From Antedon mediterranea (taxonomy: Eukaryota > Animalia > Echinodermata): DNA of 64,000 nt. Below the pieces are notes generated by a model, which was given only the letters and a program-made list of their open reading frames with translations, searched no databases and was not told the DNA's origin. How positions within the stretch are numbered: the stretch's first letter is position 1; every line of letters begins with the position of its first letter. Shown here piece by piece: positions 38,701 to 53,700 of the stretch. A program made the translations under genes and the position numbers. The DNA lies in contig NC_092678.1 of assembly GCF_964355755.1 (NCBI RefSeq), positions 23,205,365 to 23,269,364 on the forward strand, read 5' to 3'.

Positions 38701-41700
38701 TAAGCTTAACTACTATACTGAAACATTTTAAACCTTGCTTATTTCCCTTGGAAACACGTGGTGTTACAAACTTTACTTTACTAATAATATCTACTAAAGC
38801 TCTGTCTACACTACCAAACTAGTGTAATGTGCCCAAATATGGTAGTGATATAACAACATCATGTCCATATATGGGCACATCACATTTTGTTGTCACATAA
38901 AATTTCATAGTGTAGACAGAGCTTTACTATTGAACATTAACTTCTGTCCTAGAAGGCAATATGTGCAAATGTTAATTTATTGAACAGACAATATTCTGGG
39001 ATGCCATTGACCTTGAATGAGAAATATAAAAAAAAAAAAAAGTGGATCTATTATTATAATAATAACTATCAAAAATAAACAAATAAATTTTTAAATAATT
39101 GTGAAATAAATGGTCAAAAGCGTTGATTATCTAGGCACCTGGATGACTTGCTACTTTCCTTATCCTAGCAGATTAAATGGTCACCTTTATCAAGGTAACA
39201 GGGATAATACTATTGAGGCTTTACTTTCCTGTAAAATGGGAATTTAATCCAATTGGGAAGGCGGGATGACCTTAGGGAACTTGTTTTCCCACACTCACCT
39301 TATCTTGTTTTTTTCAGTTATTTATTTAAAAAAAAGTATATTGAGCTATAGATCCGTGTTACTATAAAATATTATTTTTATTCATTGCTTATATTGGGTG
39401 ACCTCTTCAGTCAGGTTGTAATAAGAAATGGACATATAAATTTAGCGCAATTTTTTAGATACTATACTTGCACTACGTCATTATTTATTATACATTATAT
39501 AACACCTAAATTTGATTGGACGAATGTGGGTCACATGGCACGCATTAGTACACACTATTAAATGATCGTTTCATAGTACCTTTTTTCATTACCTACTTCT
39601 ACATACTCTGAACTAAGGAATGGACAGACAGACAGGTGTACTTACTTGGAGGGCACTGCTCACACTTGTTAGTTTTGTTTGAAATGTAATATCCTTCTGG
39701 GCATGGGATGCAGCTATAGCAGCGTGTAAAATAGATTAGGATGTTAGACATGCAATAGTATTATGTGTTCCCACACAGCAACCTGTATGCATTTGCGTTG
39801 AGTGCAGTGTATGTTATATGCATTGGCCGAATGCATACATGTTGCTCTTGTTTTTTTTACATTTATTTTATTCAATTTCCAGGTAAACAGAATAATTAAA
39901 CAAAACATAAAATAAACACAAATTATCTCTCATGCCAAGTGAAATTTGTCTGAAAAGTTTAGCTCATTAATAGGGAGTTTTTTAGATTTTGTAGATACCT
40001 AGAACCCCTAGATACTTCAGTAGTTTTACATCATTGGAATTCATTGTACATTGATTGAGGTTTTTTCCTCACTTGCTTTAATAGTTAACAGTTATGGTAG
40101 ATTATAGAAGCAACAGAACAAATGGAAGGTCATAGGTCATCGGACGCTCCATAACAGCAGCATAGCACAGCAGTGCGTTCACACTCACACCAAAACTGTT
40201 AAAATGCGGCACTTCTACAAACAAATGCATAAAGTTTTCACTGACCTAAAAAAAACTGTGCATGCATTCTTGGGAACTTGTTCATATAAAGTGCTGTAGG
40301 ACAGTTTTATATAACACATGCACATTCAGGATATAATAAAGCCACAATCATGCTTTTGTCTTTACAATTTAAACTAATTACTAAATTTGTATCAAGAATC
40401 TTGCAACATTGCATACTTTATTATTGCTTAATACAATTTTCAGAAAATAACGGATAAATCAATAACATATGCATAAATGCTTCAAGTGAAAAAGATTTAA
40501 CCAAATTTGATTTTATTTAAAATTTAACAAATACGATAAAAACAGTATAATTTTCATTACAGACAGAATAATACAAAATCTATACCATAACATTATACAA
40601 TGCAATTTAGTACTATCTTGCAATAAATAGCATTCCATAGCATGCACTATTGGCATTGTCTACATTATATTGCATGGTGCATTGCTATCATTCTATATAC
40701 TACAAACACAAAGCTGTTCTAATTAATAAACTTACCCCTCCATATCACTACCTACAGGACAAGCCTTGCAGTACGATGCTCCCCCATCTACTGTATTTTT
40801 GACCTCGATACTGTAAATAATCGCCCTACCAAAAAGAACAATTTAGAAAAACAAAGTCACATATAGAGTGTATTGCATAGCTTATTCAGCAGCGACAGGT
40901 AATGTTATAAGTTATTTGCACTATCAAACTTTATGTAGCAAAAAAGTGTGATGTGCCCATATATGGACATAATGATGTCATATTACTACCATATTTGTGC
41001 ACATCACACTTTTTTGTCAAACTAGTTTGATAGTGTAGACAGAGCTTTAAATACAATACGTACATGTCATTGCGGTATTTTGAACCAGCGATGTCGGAGT
41101 TGTCGTAATCTGCTTTCTGGAACGCCCACGTAAACCTTCTTTCACTCTGTTGGTTTACAGAATATCTGAAAAAAAACAACACAAAAAGATTATTTATTAA
41201 TTAGATTAAGCAATGAACAATATTAATGATTTTAATAATAATTCATTATTATAAAATATAAAAAAAATTACACAAAATAGTGTACAGAGAGAGATAAAAA
41301 TAAATAATAATATTTAAGATTTTATACAATAACAATAGGTGATCCTTTTATTCTAAATGATCACCTAATAAATCAGTTTTGAAAACACATACAGTGGATC
41401 TGTTTAACTTTTACCAGACTACATAATATAGTACATATTTTAAATATGCAAATTGAATTGAAGATGTATGATGGATAGGCCAGCAATATGTTTACCAATT
41501 ACCATTAGTTTATATACGCATGTTTAAAATGTTTTAAAATTCCATAATGTAATAACAATTTTTTTTTTTTGTATATCTCAGAGTAAACATAATTTCTATG
41601 TATATTTTATATGCAAATGACAATAAACGAAAGTAATTTTCCACTGATGAATGAATGTATTGATAAATAAAGAAAGCATGTTAATCTATATCAGAGGAAG

Positions 41701-44700
41701 TCATATATTCAATTGGTAATAGCTACCTGGAAAAAAATAGAAGTTGTAATCTGATAAAGACAGTAATCTAGCAACACTAACCAAGGATTCTAACAGTGAT
41801 AAACATATTGTTATTACTTCCTATATTTAAGTTATTAAATTAAAAAATATTATGCTTTACTGCTTTTTGAACAAAATGCTAAAAGTCCATTTCACAAATA
41901 TTCATTTATAAGAATAGATTATTGGTATTAGTCCATTTAAAATATTTTTTTTAATGTACACCAAAAAAGAAATTTCAATTTAAATTCCCCAACATGTAAA
42001 TATTACCTAATATGATGCTAAATATTTACCTGTAAGCATAATGGAACATTCTAATAAACTTATGCTCCTCCCCTTTAAGACAATTATCCAATCAGGAATG
42101 AGATCTTAATTTTGTATGTTTACTCCACACCAAGACATAGGTAACAGTAAACTGTGATTGCATGGGGTGAACAACGGTTATACTTTGGCTCCAGTAACCC
42201 CAAAATATATTTATTATTCTAATATTGGTCTATCAATATTTTAAAACATTTACTAAAGGTAAGATTATATTTATTATATTTTTATTGATAAAATCATAGT
42301 GGTAAGAATAATAAGAGAAAAATTCTTTCAAAAATTCTGAATCTATACCAGAAAATTTATCTCTAGATATTTAACTTATTCGGTCTTTTTAAACAAAAAT
42401 TTATGATGTTTTTTTTTACACTTTGGCTCTTCGTAGTCTTTCAACTGTGAATATATTTTTCATAAAAAAAGTTTTAAAAATTAATATTTCAATATATATG
42501 CATGTAAAAAACCTAGAAGAATAAAGCTACACTATCAAACTTTATGTGACCAAAAAATGTGATGTGCCCTATATGGACATGATGATGTCATATCACTACC
42601 GTATTTGGGCACATCACTACCATATTTGGGCCCATCTCATTTTTTTGTCACATAAAGTTTCAGTGTAGACAGAGCTTTAGATAAATTCTAGAGTGGATAA
42701 ACACAGTAGAATCTGTCTAGGGTGCACAAAATAATTGTATTCTCTCCTTTGAAATGAATGAGGAACCATAATGTTTTAACTTTTAAATAGGTCAACTCTT
42801 ATTCAGGGGACACCCCTACTAAAGGGAGACTTGTTGGGTCCCAAAGGTGTCCCTTAAAGAGGTTCTACCGTAATTTAGAAAATGTTACGTTCATGTTCAT
42901 GAAATACTATACATTGTATGTGTTATCATTAATGTCCTTTTACAAAATAAAGTTTCTACAAATAGATTTTGTTGAAGCTCTGGTTTGAAAGTATTTATGT
43001 AGAATTCTAACTCTAGGAGGTGAAATCATATTTCTAATGTATGCTTAATTATATTAAAAAGTATGTTTGTAGTTAGTGTTATAAGTTCTATACAATACAA
43101 GTAAGTACACCCCATTTATAAAATACAGTTAACACTAACATTTTATCCCAAAACATCCCAAACATTTGGTAAATAATATTCATCAACACAAACATTTATC
43201 GCAATATAAAAATAAAAACAATAAAATTATTTTTTTTTTACAACTATACAGATAAAATTGTATCATCAGGAAAACAATTTTGTATAGATAAAATTTAGTA
43301 TTAATTCTTAAAAAACATCTACATATTCTTAACTTGCATTATTACATTAAAAATGAACAAAATAGTTGGGCAAGGAAACATCGTAACAGAACTATATGAA
43401 AATGAGGTTTTCAAGTTGAAATTATTTTTGGTATTAGACACGTTTCTCATACATGGTATAGTGCAGACCTACTCTGATCACATGACAACATGAAAGTAGC
43501 ACCGAATGGCAGACTAACACTGCCCTCATTGGTACCATTGCAGGTTGCTCGATCATTCAACCATGAAAACATACATCCAACTAATTATCTGCAACATTCT
43601 GCTAGCTGTCCAAACGCACGCACAAGCATCTTGCTCGTCTTGTTGTGAACCGGGTACGGTTGGATTACCAGGGCCTGATGGGATACCTGGTGTAGAAGGA
43701 CCGGGTGGAATACCTGGACGTCCTGGTAAACACGGTATGCACGGTTATTCAGGCGAAAAAGGAGACAGAGGATTGGTTGGTGAACTAGGTGTGACTGGTA
43801 CAAAAGGCAGCAAAGGATACTTAGGGCCGCCAGGGCCAGATGGGGTGTGGCACGGCGATAACGGAGAAGCTGGCGATATTGGTAACACAGGACATGAAGG
43901 CCCTCTTGGTAATCGTGGCGACATAGGGAACAAAGGTCACAATGGACGTACAGGTGACGATGGCCCACCAGGGCATCCAAGGGCGTTAAACCCATCTTCA
44001 TTTTACGCAATATTTGATGGGGCGGGAGTCTGGGCTTCAACTGACAATTTTGTAGTACCATTTAATCTAGTAATGGAAAATGAAGGTGATGATTACTCGC
44101 GTCACAATGGAAAATACACAGCGCCCTCTAACGGAACCTATTTCTTTTCAACTACGGTGTACAAGAGAATTCCACAGCTGCAAGTTAGCATACAAATATT
44201 TGAGTATACTACGAAGGTTCAACGAGTCATCGCTTATTTGAAAATGGATAGCGAAGAACTGAAGGATTCGTCAACGTTGCACGCCCTCTTACATCTCGTT
44301 AAAGGAGATCAAGTGTTCATAACAATCTCGCGCGAACAGGCTCTCCTGACCGATACGAGGCGACAGACTAGTTTCATGGGATATTTGTTGATGGACGATT
44401 ACTAGAGGCCTTCAGCAAACCAGCAGACTGCAAACAAAAACTAATAACACAATCAATCTATTTATATACCAGTAAACAAAATGTAAACAAAAGTTATGAA
44501 CTATCTATCTATTTGTGATTGATTCAAAATACATTTCTTGGAATCATTTTTGTCATATTTATAAATTAGAAAGAAATTTCAGTATATTTTAAATTTCAAT
44601 AAAATAAGATAAATGATTTATTATCCCATAAAAACATTAAAAATAATGATGAATAAAAAATCCAATTTTGAATTACGGTATGGTAATGTTATGTTATTCA

Positions 44701-47700
44701 CTTTTTTCCCCTCCCCCAACAAAAAAAAAATTAATAAATTAATATAAAAAAAAATATATATGACAATAAATGGCCTATTCATCAACCATTTTTTTAGGGT
44801 GACAATATATTATATGAACTGAACACACTAAATAAAATAAAACTGTACATATTAAATCCTCAACACTGTAATAATTAATTTTTTCTGCAATTATTGGTTT
44901 TTTTGTATGTTCTAATATTATTTGAATTTGGGTATTGTAGTTGTACCGTCAAAATAACAAAATAGCTTTCAAATAATTTTATGATAAAATAATCAAAAGA
45001 AGCCATTTTAAATGCTGATTTTTCCATTTTTTTCTAAACTAAAATATATGAAATGCTTTTGGTAAAATAAATATGCGGCAAGGTACACAGTCTTGTTTGT
45101 ATTTCTTATGGTGAATTCATGAAAACAATAATAGAAAGAGAATGGTAAGATCCAATATGGATCATCTAGTATGGTACTCTACCATGCCAACCATACCAAC
45201 AATAAAGTAATTTGTATAAAGGAAAATTTGTATAATATAATAATATAACATGTTACTAATAATGTGGGGTAGACACTAACACAAACTCCCTTGCTACTTA
45301 CTACTTTGCAGGCCGATGCCGCAAAATATGAATGCAGTCCGAATAATTCTGAGCTTCCTACTCGCTCAACAAACACTAGCACAAGAAGCCTGCATTGCCT
45401 GCTGTCTCAAGGGGGCTACTGGACCACCTGGTATTTCCGGTTTCACAGGGACACCAGGAAAACCTGGCTTGCCCGCAATACATGGAATACCTGGATTTAT
45501 CGGCCCACCTGGCTTGAAAGGGGAACAAGGATTGATAGGTGACATAGGAGTAGTTGGAGAAAAAGGCGAGAAAGGTCCGAGTGGATTATCTGGCCCGGAA
45601 GGACGCTGGGATGGTGATAAAGGAGACATAGGAGAAGAAGGAGATCAAGGAAATGAAGGGAATAAAGGAAATAAAGGTTTTAGTAGCAGTAAAGGAAAGA
45701 AAGGGAATCAAGGAAGCACAGGAGACATTGGAAAGTCTCGCGTCAGCAAACCAACCTCTTTCTTTGCTGGGTATTCTGGAAGGGAAATTAAAGCCGCTGA
45801 AAATCTAATAATTGTATTTAATCTAGACTACTTCAACACAGGCAATGATTATGATCGTTCTAATGGTAAATATACCGCCCCCGTTTCGGGAACATACTTC
45901 TTCTCTACTTCCATCAGCCAAAGGGAAACGATTTTCCAATCCACGTCACTTGTAAAGCTAAGTACTTCACAAATAAAAACCTATCTTGCTACTCACTATA
46001 TGTCCAATGACGATGAAATGGATTCGATCACCCTAAGTGTTATATATCATTTAGATAAAGGTGAAAGTGTGTATGTAGAACTTACTCAAGGTTCAAGTAT
46101 AAACATTGGTGAATCAAGAATAATGACAAGTACGTTTACAGGTTACTTGATTATGGATGATTAAAATGTGCTCTTTATGTTGCAGTAGATTCACGTACAG
46201 TATCAAGTCTAGCGACATTAAACATCCTGCTGTGTCTTGTCTGCTGACAGCAACAGGTCCAAACCATACCTCCTATATACTAACTTAACCTACTGTAAAC
46301 CTCTAAATAATTTCTCTATATTATTTATTCACCAATCACACTTGTGAGATATTTCTCTTAAATAGTAAAAGTATTTTCTTTAAATTACATTGGATTTTTG
46401 AAATTTAAGGGTAAGTGTTTCCCTTTGTGAACTGTGAATACGGCCACAGTATCCCACATGGGATTAACGTTATTGTAAGACGACACGATGCTGTGGGATG
46501 TTTAAAGTCTCTAGGTGTGATACTGCTCATTATATTTTGTAAAGTATATTCATAAAAAAAGTACAAAGATAATAATAACAATTTACAAAGAATATAGATC
46601 TAAATTCAGTACAATTTAACAAAATGTTTCAGTAAAATGTGCATGCTACATTGCTAGCTGAAGTGTCTCAAACTCTCACTCGCTGGGTAGGCAACATTTT
46701 TCGGCAAATGCTACAAAATACCTACTGTATGCTATTATCAGATTGAGTAACACAAAAACATAAAACTGTGTTCCCTACTCCAAATACAAATTAATGAGCA
46801 GGTATAATGTATAAAACTAGTACGTACAGATTGGCAGGGGAAAAAGTGGGAGGAGAAGGGGATGGAGAAATTGTAACAAATTGCATAGTAATAATTGAAT
46901 AATATTTTGTAACTTTTAAACTATATAATGTGAAATCGATACATTTTCATTCTGATGAGTATAATAAAATGATGTCTATGTTTGGCATGATTGAATTACT
47001 AATTAGAAACACAGGATTTTAATTAAAATATATTCATTAGTAAAGTGAGTTAAGATTCTCTTATTTATTGTACCATAATTGTTGACAAAATAATGATTGA
47101 TAAAAATAAATACATTTTGTATTCTACTTGAAAAGAGAACGATCACCAGGTTATCAATGTTCTTCAATCTTTCTGCAGATGGCGGCACATCGCGGCATCT
47201 CTTTACTCGTCATCTTCCTCCTGTTCCTTCAGACAACCGCACAAGAGATTCAAGAAGTGATGACCTTTCCGCATTGCCCAGTTTGCTGCGAAAGAGGAGA
47301 CCCTGGTAGTCCTGGAAACCAGGGTTTACCTGGAAGCCAAGGAGTGCCTGGAGCTCCTGGAATTCACGGATTGCATGGTGAACCAGGGGCAAAAGGTGAA
47401 GTTGGCAGCATGGGATTTAAAGGTCGAAAAGGCGAAAGAGGCCCGAAAGGAGAAAGAGGGGAAATTGGCATACCAACAGCTGGTGGTGTGAATCTGAAAG
47501 GTGATCCTGGACAAAAAGGTGCAAAAGGCGAGATAGGAACAAGAGGAAGTGAGGGGCGTTCTGGCGATCAAGGAGTTCAAGGGTCAAAAGGAAGTAAAGG
47601 TCAGAAAGGTAAAAAAGGACCTAGCGCTGTCACTCCAGTTCCAGCATTCTTTGTAAAACAAACGCAAAATTTTGTAGCCCAACAAGAGCAATTGTTCATC

Positions 47701-50700
47701 TTTGATGAACGAATTGCTAAACGATCTATAGACGAGAAAAATCTGACGGAAGAATCAACAATAAGCAGGCAAAAACGACAATTCGTTGACGTAGACGGTC
47801 CAATTTTATTAAATCCTGGTGGTAGGAGGTTATCAAACGTGATTCCATTTGACACGGTCATAGTCAACGAAGAAAATGGCTGGAAAGAGAAAGACTACAT
47901 CTTTGAAGCTCCCTCAGATGGAACGTATTTATTTAGTTTTACCATTTACAAATTAGCTACTTCGAAGTATGTTGCAGCACTTTTGTACAAAAATTTTGAA
48001 GTCCTGGCCGCTACGGAAGATCAAGGTACGTCATCCGATTCGGCAACAATGACCGCTGTTGTGGATTTGCGTAAATCAGAGTTTGTATGGCTTCAGTTGG
48101 CATATCCTGGAACACTGCTTGGAAATGGCAATACTTTCTTCTCCGGACTCAAAATTCATTAAATTTTATTTTTATTATTCAAATTTTGTTTATAGCTGGA
48201 ACAAATAATTATAAATGTAAAATGAATTGTTATGACTATAAAACCATATTTCTTATTATTCACATAAATTGAATTTTTTTAATGTGAAATTACATTTTTC
48301 CAATGTACTAATTAAAATATCAAATCTATAAACTTCAGATGCTAAATGATATTCTTTGAACAGTTGAAAAATGTTTTAAAAAATTATTTAAAATAACTAT
48401 TGATAGTTATTAACTAACTGGTATAAGATCACATAATTAAAATACAGGGATACTGAAGAAGAAAAAGATAACAGAATTACTGATGCCATAACTAATAGTA
48501 TAGTAATTAGTATAGTATAATTAATAAATTATAATATTAAAGAAACAAAACCAAGGTTGAATAAATTGGGTATCAAATGATTACAATGTTGGTATTGTTC
48601 TTTACAACAGTCTACAAAAATAATGTATGATGTAACAAATTGTAAGAATCATCACCACTTTGAAATGCTTAAATGTACAGCTACTACTACAATACAAGAT
48701 ATAAACAAATCCTCAGACATCATTTCATGTTCATCTTTTTTAGCATTCAACAGAGCTTATGAGAAATGAGCGACACGTACTGGTGCTGCCTTCTCCTCTT
48801 CTTTGCCATATTTATCGTCAACTATCCTGGCGGACAAGGTCGTGACGTTGACACTTCAGGTTGCTTCCGATGTTGCTACAAAGGAGAACCAGGAATCAGT
48901 GGACAACGAGGACCTACAGGCCCACCTGGCACCATGGGATATAGTGGATACCCAGGCATAGACGGACAAAATGGAATACAAGGAGAAAACGGATTGACTG
49001 GCATGAAAGGAGAATTAGGAGATGTCGGAGTAAAAGGTTACAGAGGCGATACCGGATACCCTGGACATGGTTTCGGAATAAAAGGCGAGTCTGGTGGTAA
49101 AGGTGCGAAAGGTACTTTTGGTATACCGGGAACACCTGGTCCAAAAGGACCTCAAGGTTTGAAAGGAACAAAAGGAGACAAAGGTAGTCAAGGCGATATG
49201 GGAGACCCAGCATTATCAACGAGATGTTTCTTTTCCATGCAACTTAATAAAGGAATAATCAACACCGACAATACGCAAATTACAGTCATATATGACCGTG
49301 TTTATACCAACGAAGGTGACAACATGAATGCTGTTACTGGTATATTCACTGCACCTGTGAATGGTATCTACCATTTTGTGTCTACGATTTACCGACAAAT
49401 TGGTATTGATGATTTTGGAGTTTTCCTAAAGAAAAATCTAGAAGACGTCATATTGATGAGCGGAGGGAATGAGAATAGCACGGACACAACGAGCGCTTCG
49501 GTTATACTGCCGTTAAACGTGGATGATATCATTTATCTCACGGTTAAAGAAAACACTCAATTAATACTATCTGAGGGTGAAGGAATCATGTTTAGCGGGT
49601 ATATAATTTCAAGTACATAGACAAATTGATATGCTGAACTTTTTATGTCAAAATACTGGAAAATGTAAATTAGAACTAATGATCACATTGTTTAAACAAT
49701 TATATTTTGAGTACTATTACTAATTCAATTACAAATGATAAATAAAATGTAAAATGTTATTCAACATTAAAAACAAAAATAAAATATGTGCACAGGAAAA
49801 TTGAAACAAAATGCTTTCATCAACTAGAATAAAAATTATGTTTTAAAAATCGTAAAAATAATATCAAATGTAAATGTGGATCGAGTTAACAATAGTTAAT
49901 AAACAAAAAAAGTAATTTAATACAAAGAATTTAAATATTTAAATTGTTATCAGATTTGAGTAATCCTTAATTTTGTGTACGATTGAAACTTAAAATAGCT
50001 TTTTATATTCAATGATACTATTCAATCCTTTATATTCAGTACTGTATCAATATTATTTTCTTTCATCAAAATGTTACTATTTACTTCAATGCACAGTGTC
50101 AATGGAATTTAACAGAACTGTATACACACAATGACTTCTGTTTATTATTGATCATATCATCAACATAGTTTTCCTCGTATGGTATTAGCAGTTTTTTCAA
50201 ATTACTTTTTTCCAGTTAACAACAAAAGATGCAAAAGATGATAACGGAAAAGTGTATGCCCATGCTCCATGACACGTTCACATGCATCACAGTATTGTTA
50301 CTTGTTTCTTCGATCGTTAACAGTCAGGCGCCACCAACGGTACAACCGGGAGATGTAGAAAGCTTAAAAAACACACCAGCCTGTCATGCTTGCTGCGTCA
50401 AAGGAAGGAAAGGGATTCGTGGACTGATGGGTCACCCTGGAGTCGAAGGTCAGCCCGGTTACGAAGGAATTGAAGGAACCAATGGTCTGGAAGGAATCCA
50501 CGGACCACAGGGCAGCAGAGGTCAAAAAGGAGATGCGGGCGATATCGGAGAGAAAGGTACAATCGGAGATATTGGTCCACGTGGACCTGGGGTTGGTGAA
50601 AAAGGAGAAAAGGGATTACCGGGTGATAAAGGGTACATAGGCTTTACAGGGATTAAAGGACCACCAGGACCAATAGGATCATCAGCTTTTGCTGGAGATG

Positions 50701-53700
50701 AAGGTCAGAAAGGTCAAAAAGGATCTGCAGAACAACCAACCAGAGTCTTCTTTTCAGCTCGTCAAAATAGTCGCCAGACGTACGGTCCAATAAATAACTT
50801 GATCGTCACGTATAACATACTGCATAGAAACGAAGGAAGCGATATGAACAAAGATACTGGCAAATTCAAAGCGCCAACGAACGGATTATACTTCTTTGCC
50901 GCCACTGTGTTCAAAACCCAAACCATCACAAACTTTCAGGTGTACATGAGGGCTGGGGGAGCTAACATAGCTGAAATGGTCGGTACAACGAACGATAATG
51001 ATGATTCCTGTAGTGCCACTGTTGTGGTGCGCTTAAGTAAGAATGACGAGGTATATCTGTTAGTGCAAACAGGAACAATCAAGTCAACCAACATACTTAA
51101 AGAAGCACTCTTCTGTGGATATCTGATAGTGTAAGCAATGCTCCTGCATTTAATAACATTTAGTTAACCTACACGATTGAGACTATACATATACTTATAA
51201 ACTCATCAATTAATCATTTATAAATTATAATTTGTAGTATGCCACAAATTCAAGATGGTTAGTCAGATGGTCTCTAAATTTGAATGTCATGATATTTTAG
51301 AATAAATAATAAAGTTTCTTTGGTGGGCTACTCTAAAAAGAATACATACATGGAAAAAAAAATGTATCTATGTCAGTTACTAAATAAGATAACAGTATGA
51401 AAATGATGACCATGATGAAAATGATAACAATTATGACAATGATGAAAATGATAACAATTATGACAATGATGAAAATGATAACAATTATGACAATGATGAA
51501 AATGATAACAATTATGACAATGATGAAAATGATAACAATTATGACAATGATAACAATTATGACAACGATGATAATGACAATGAAAATAACAATCAGGATA
51601 ATGATGACGACAATTATGACAATGACGACAATTATGACAATGACGACAATTATGACAATGACGACAATTATGACAATGACGACAATTATGACAATGACGA
51701 CAATTATGACAATGATAACAATTATGACAATGATAACAATTATGACAATGACAACAATTATGACAATGACGACAATTATGACAATGATAACAATTATGAC
51801 AATGACAACAATTATGACAATGATAACAATTATGACAATGATAACAATTATGACAATGACAACAATTATGACAATGATAACAATTATGACAATGATAACA
51901 ATTATGACAATGACAACAATTATGACAATGACGACAATTATGACAATGACGACAATTATGACAATGACGACAATTATGACAATGACAACAATTATGACAA
52001 TGACAACAATTATGACAATGACGACAATTATGACAATGATAACAATTATGACAATGACAACAATTATGACAATGATAACAATTATGACAATGATAACAAT
52101 TATGACAATGACAACAATTATGACAATGACAACAATTATGACAATGACAACAATTATGACAATGATAACAATTATGACAATAATGACAATAATGATAACA
52201 ATTATGACAATGACAACAATTATGACAATGACAACAATTATGACAATGACAACAATTATGACAATGACGACAATTATGACAATGATAACAATTATGACAA
52301 TGACAACAATTATGACAATGACAACAATTATGACAATGATAACAATTATGACAATGACAACAATTATGACAATGACGACAATTATGACAATGACGACAAT
52401 TATGACAATGACAACAATTATGACAATGACAACAATTATGACAATGACAACAATTATGACAATGACAACAATTATGACAATGATAACAATTATGACAATG
52501 ATAACAATTATGACAATGACAACAATTATGACAATGATAACAATTATGACAATAATGACAATAATGATAACAATTATGACAATGATGATCATGTGATAAA
52601 TGTAGTGATGGTCACCCAATCAATAATGATCAAATCAATGATGACAATTTCATAAGATATGAAATGATGCTGATTACAACAGATAATGATGACAACCAAA
52701 TGATAATTGATGATGATAACGCTGATAATGATGATAAGATCAACAATGATAACCTGGACAATGAAGACAATGACAACATTATTATCAAATTACTACTTAC
52801 ATGTATGTTGTGCGATTCTGAGCGCCTTCCCATGATTCAATTACGGTCGACTTGTAATCTTCCTCGAGAAAAAACAACAAACAATCTCCAACGCACTGTA
52901 ATTCAAATTCGAACTTCACAGTCCCAACTTCAATGGCGCCCCCATTAAAGTAGCCCTCTTTTGAACGGAATCCAGCCGTTGAGACACTAAGTACAAGGTA
53001 TACGTCGTCCGAGTGACCTTGTCCACTGTGTATGTGATTGCCAGATAGAGCCCATCCATCATCAGTAGCACAACCATTTCCTAGTGAGGTGAATTAAAAT
53101 TAATTATTATATTTAAGCAAAGACTATGATAGCCTACAATGTAGAGGGCGTTTTAACCTTTTGGTTTAAAACAAACAAGGCAGCTGCACTTACTGTATAC
53201 TCTTATATAATCTTAGGCTAACAATGTAGAGGGCGCTATTGCCTTTTTGTCTAAAACAGACACAAGCATACACTTACTTACTACCTCTCTATTTTACGCT
53301 AACAATGTAGAGGACGCTATCACCTCCTCATTTAAAACATAGGGAACATCACGTATATCCGAAGCTAACAAAGTAGAGGGGGCTATCATATTACTCATTT
53401 AAACATAGGAGCATCACATAATATCTGTATCTTATACTAACAAAGTAGAGGGGGCTATCATATTACTCATTTAAACATAGGAGCATCACATAATATCTGT
53501 ATCTTATGCTAACAAAGTAGAGGGGGCTATCATATTACTCATTTTAAACATAGGGAGCATCATGTAAAATATCTGTATCTCATACTAACAACATAGACAA
53601 TAGAACAATAATTCAGTCTAGTTATTTAATTAATAAGCAACTAGAGGAAAATGTTTAAATGACATTGACACAAAATGGAAGCTGTATATTTGCCTGATGT

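Noticed and set aside
43585-50580. Minus-strand ORFs overlapping the C1q genes
   Set aside because: Antisense shadows of Gly-X-Y codon patterns with no independent protein features.
51333-52619. 428-aa Ile/Val and 399-aa Met/Thr ORFs
   Set aside because: Translation artefacts of a stop-free 18-bp satellite.
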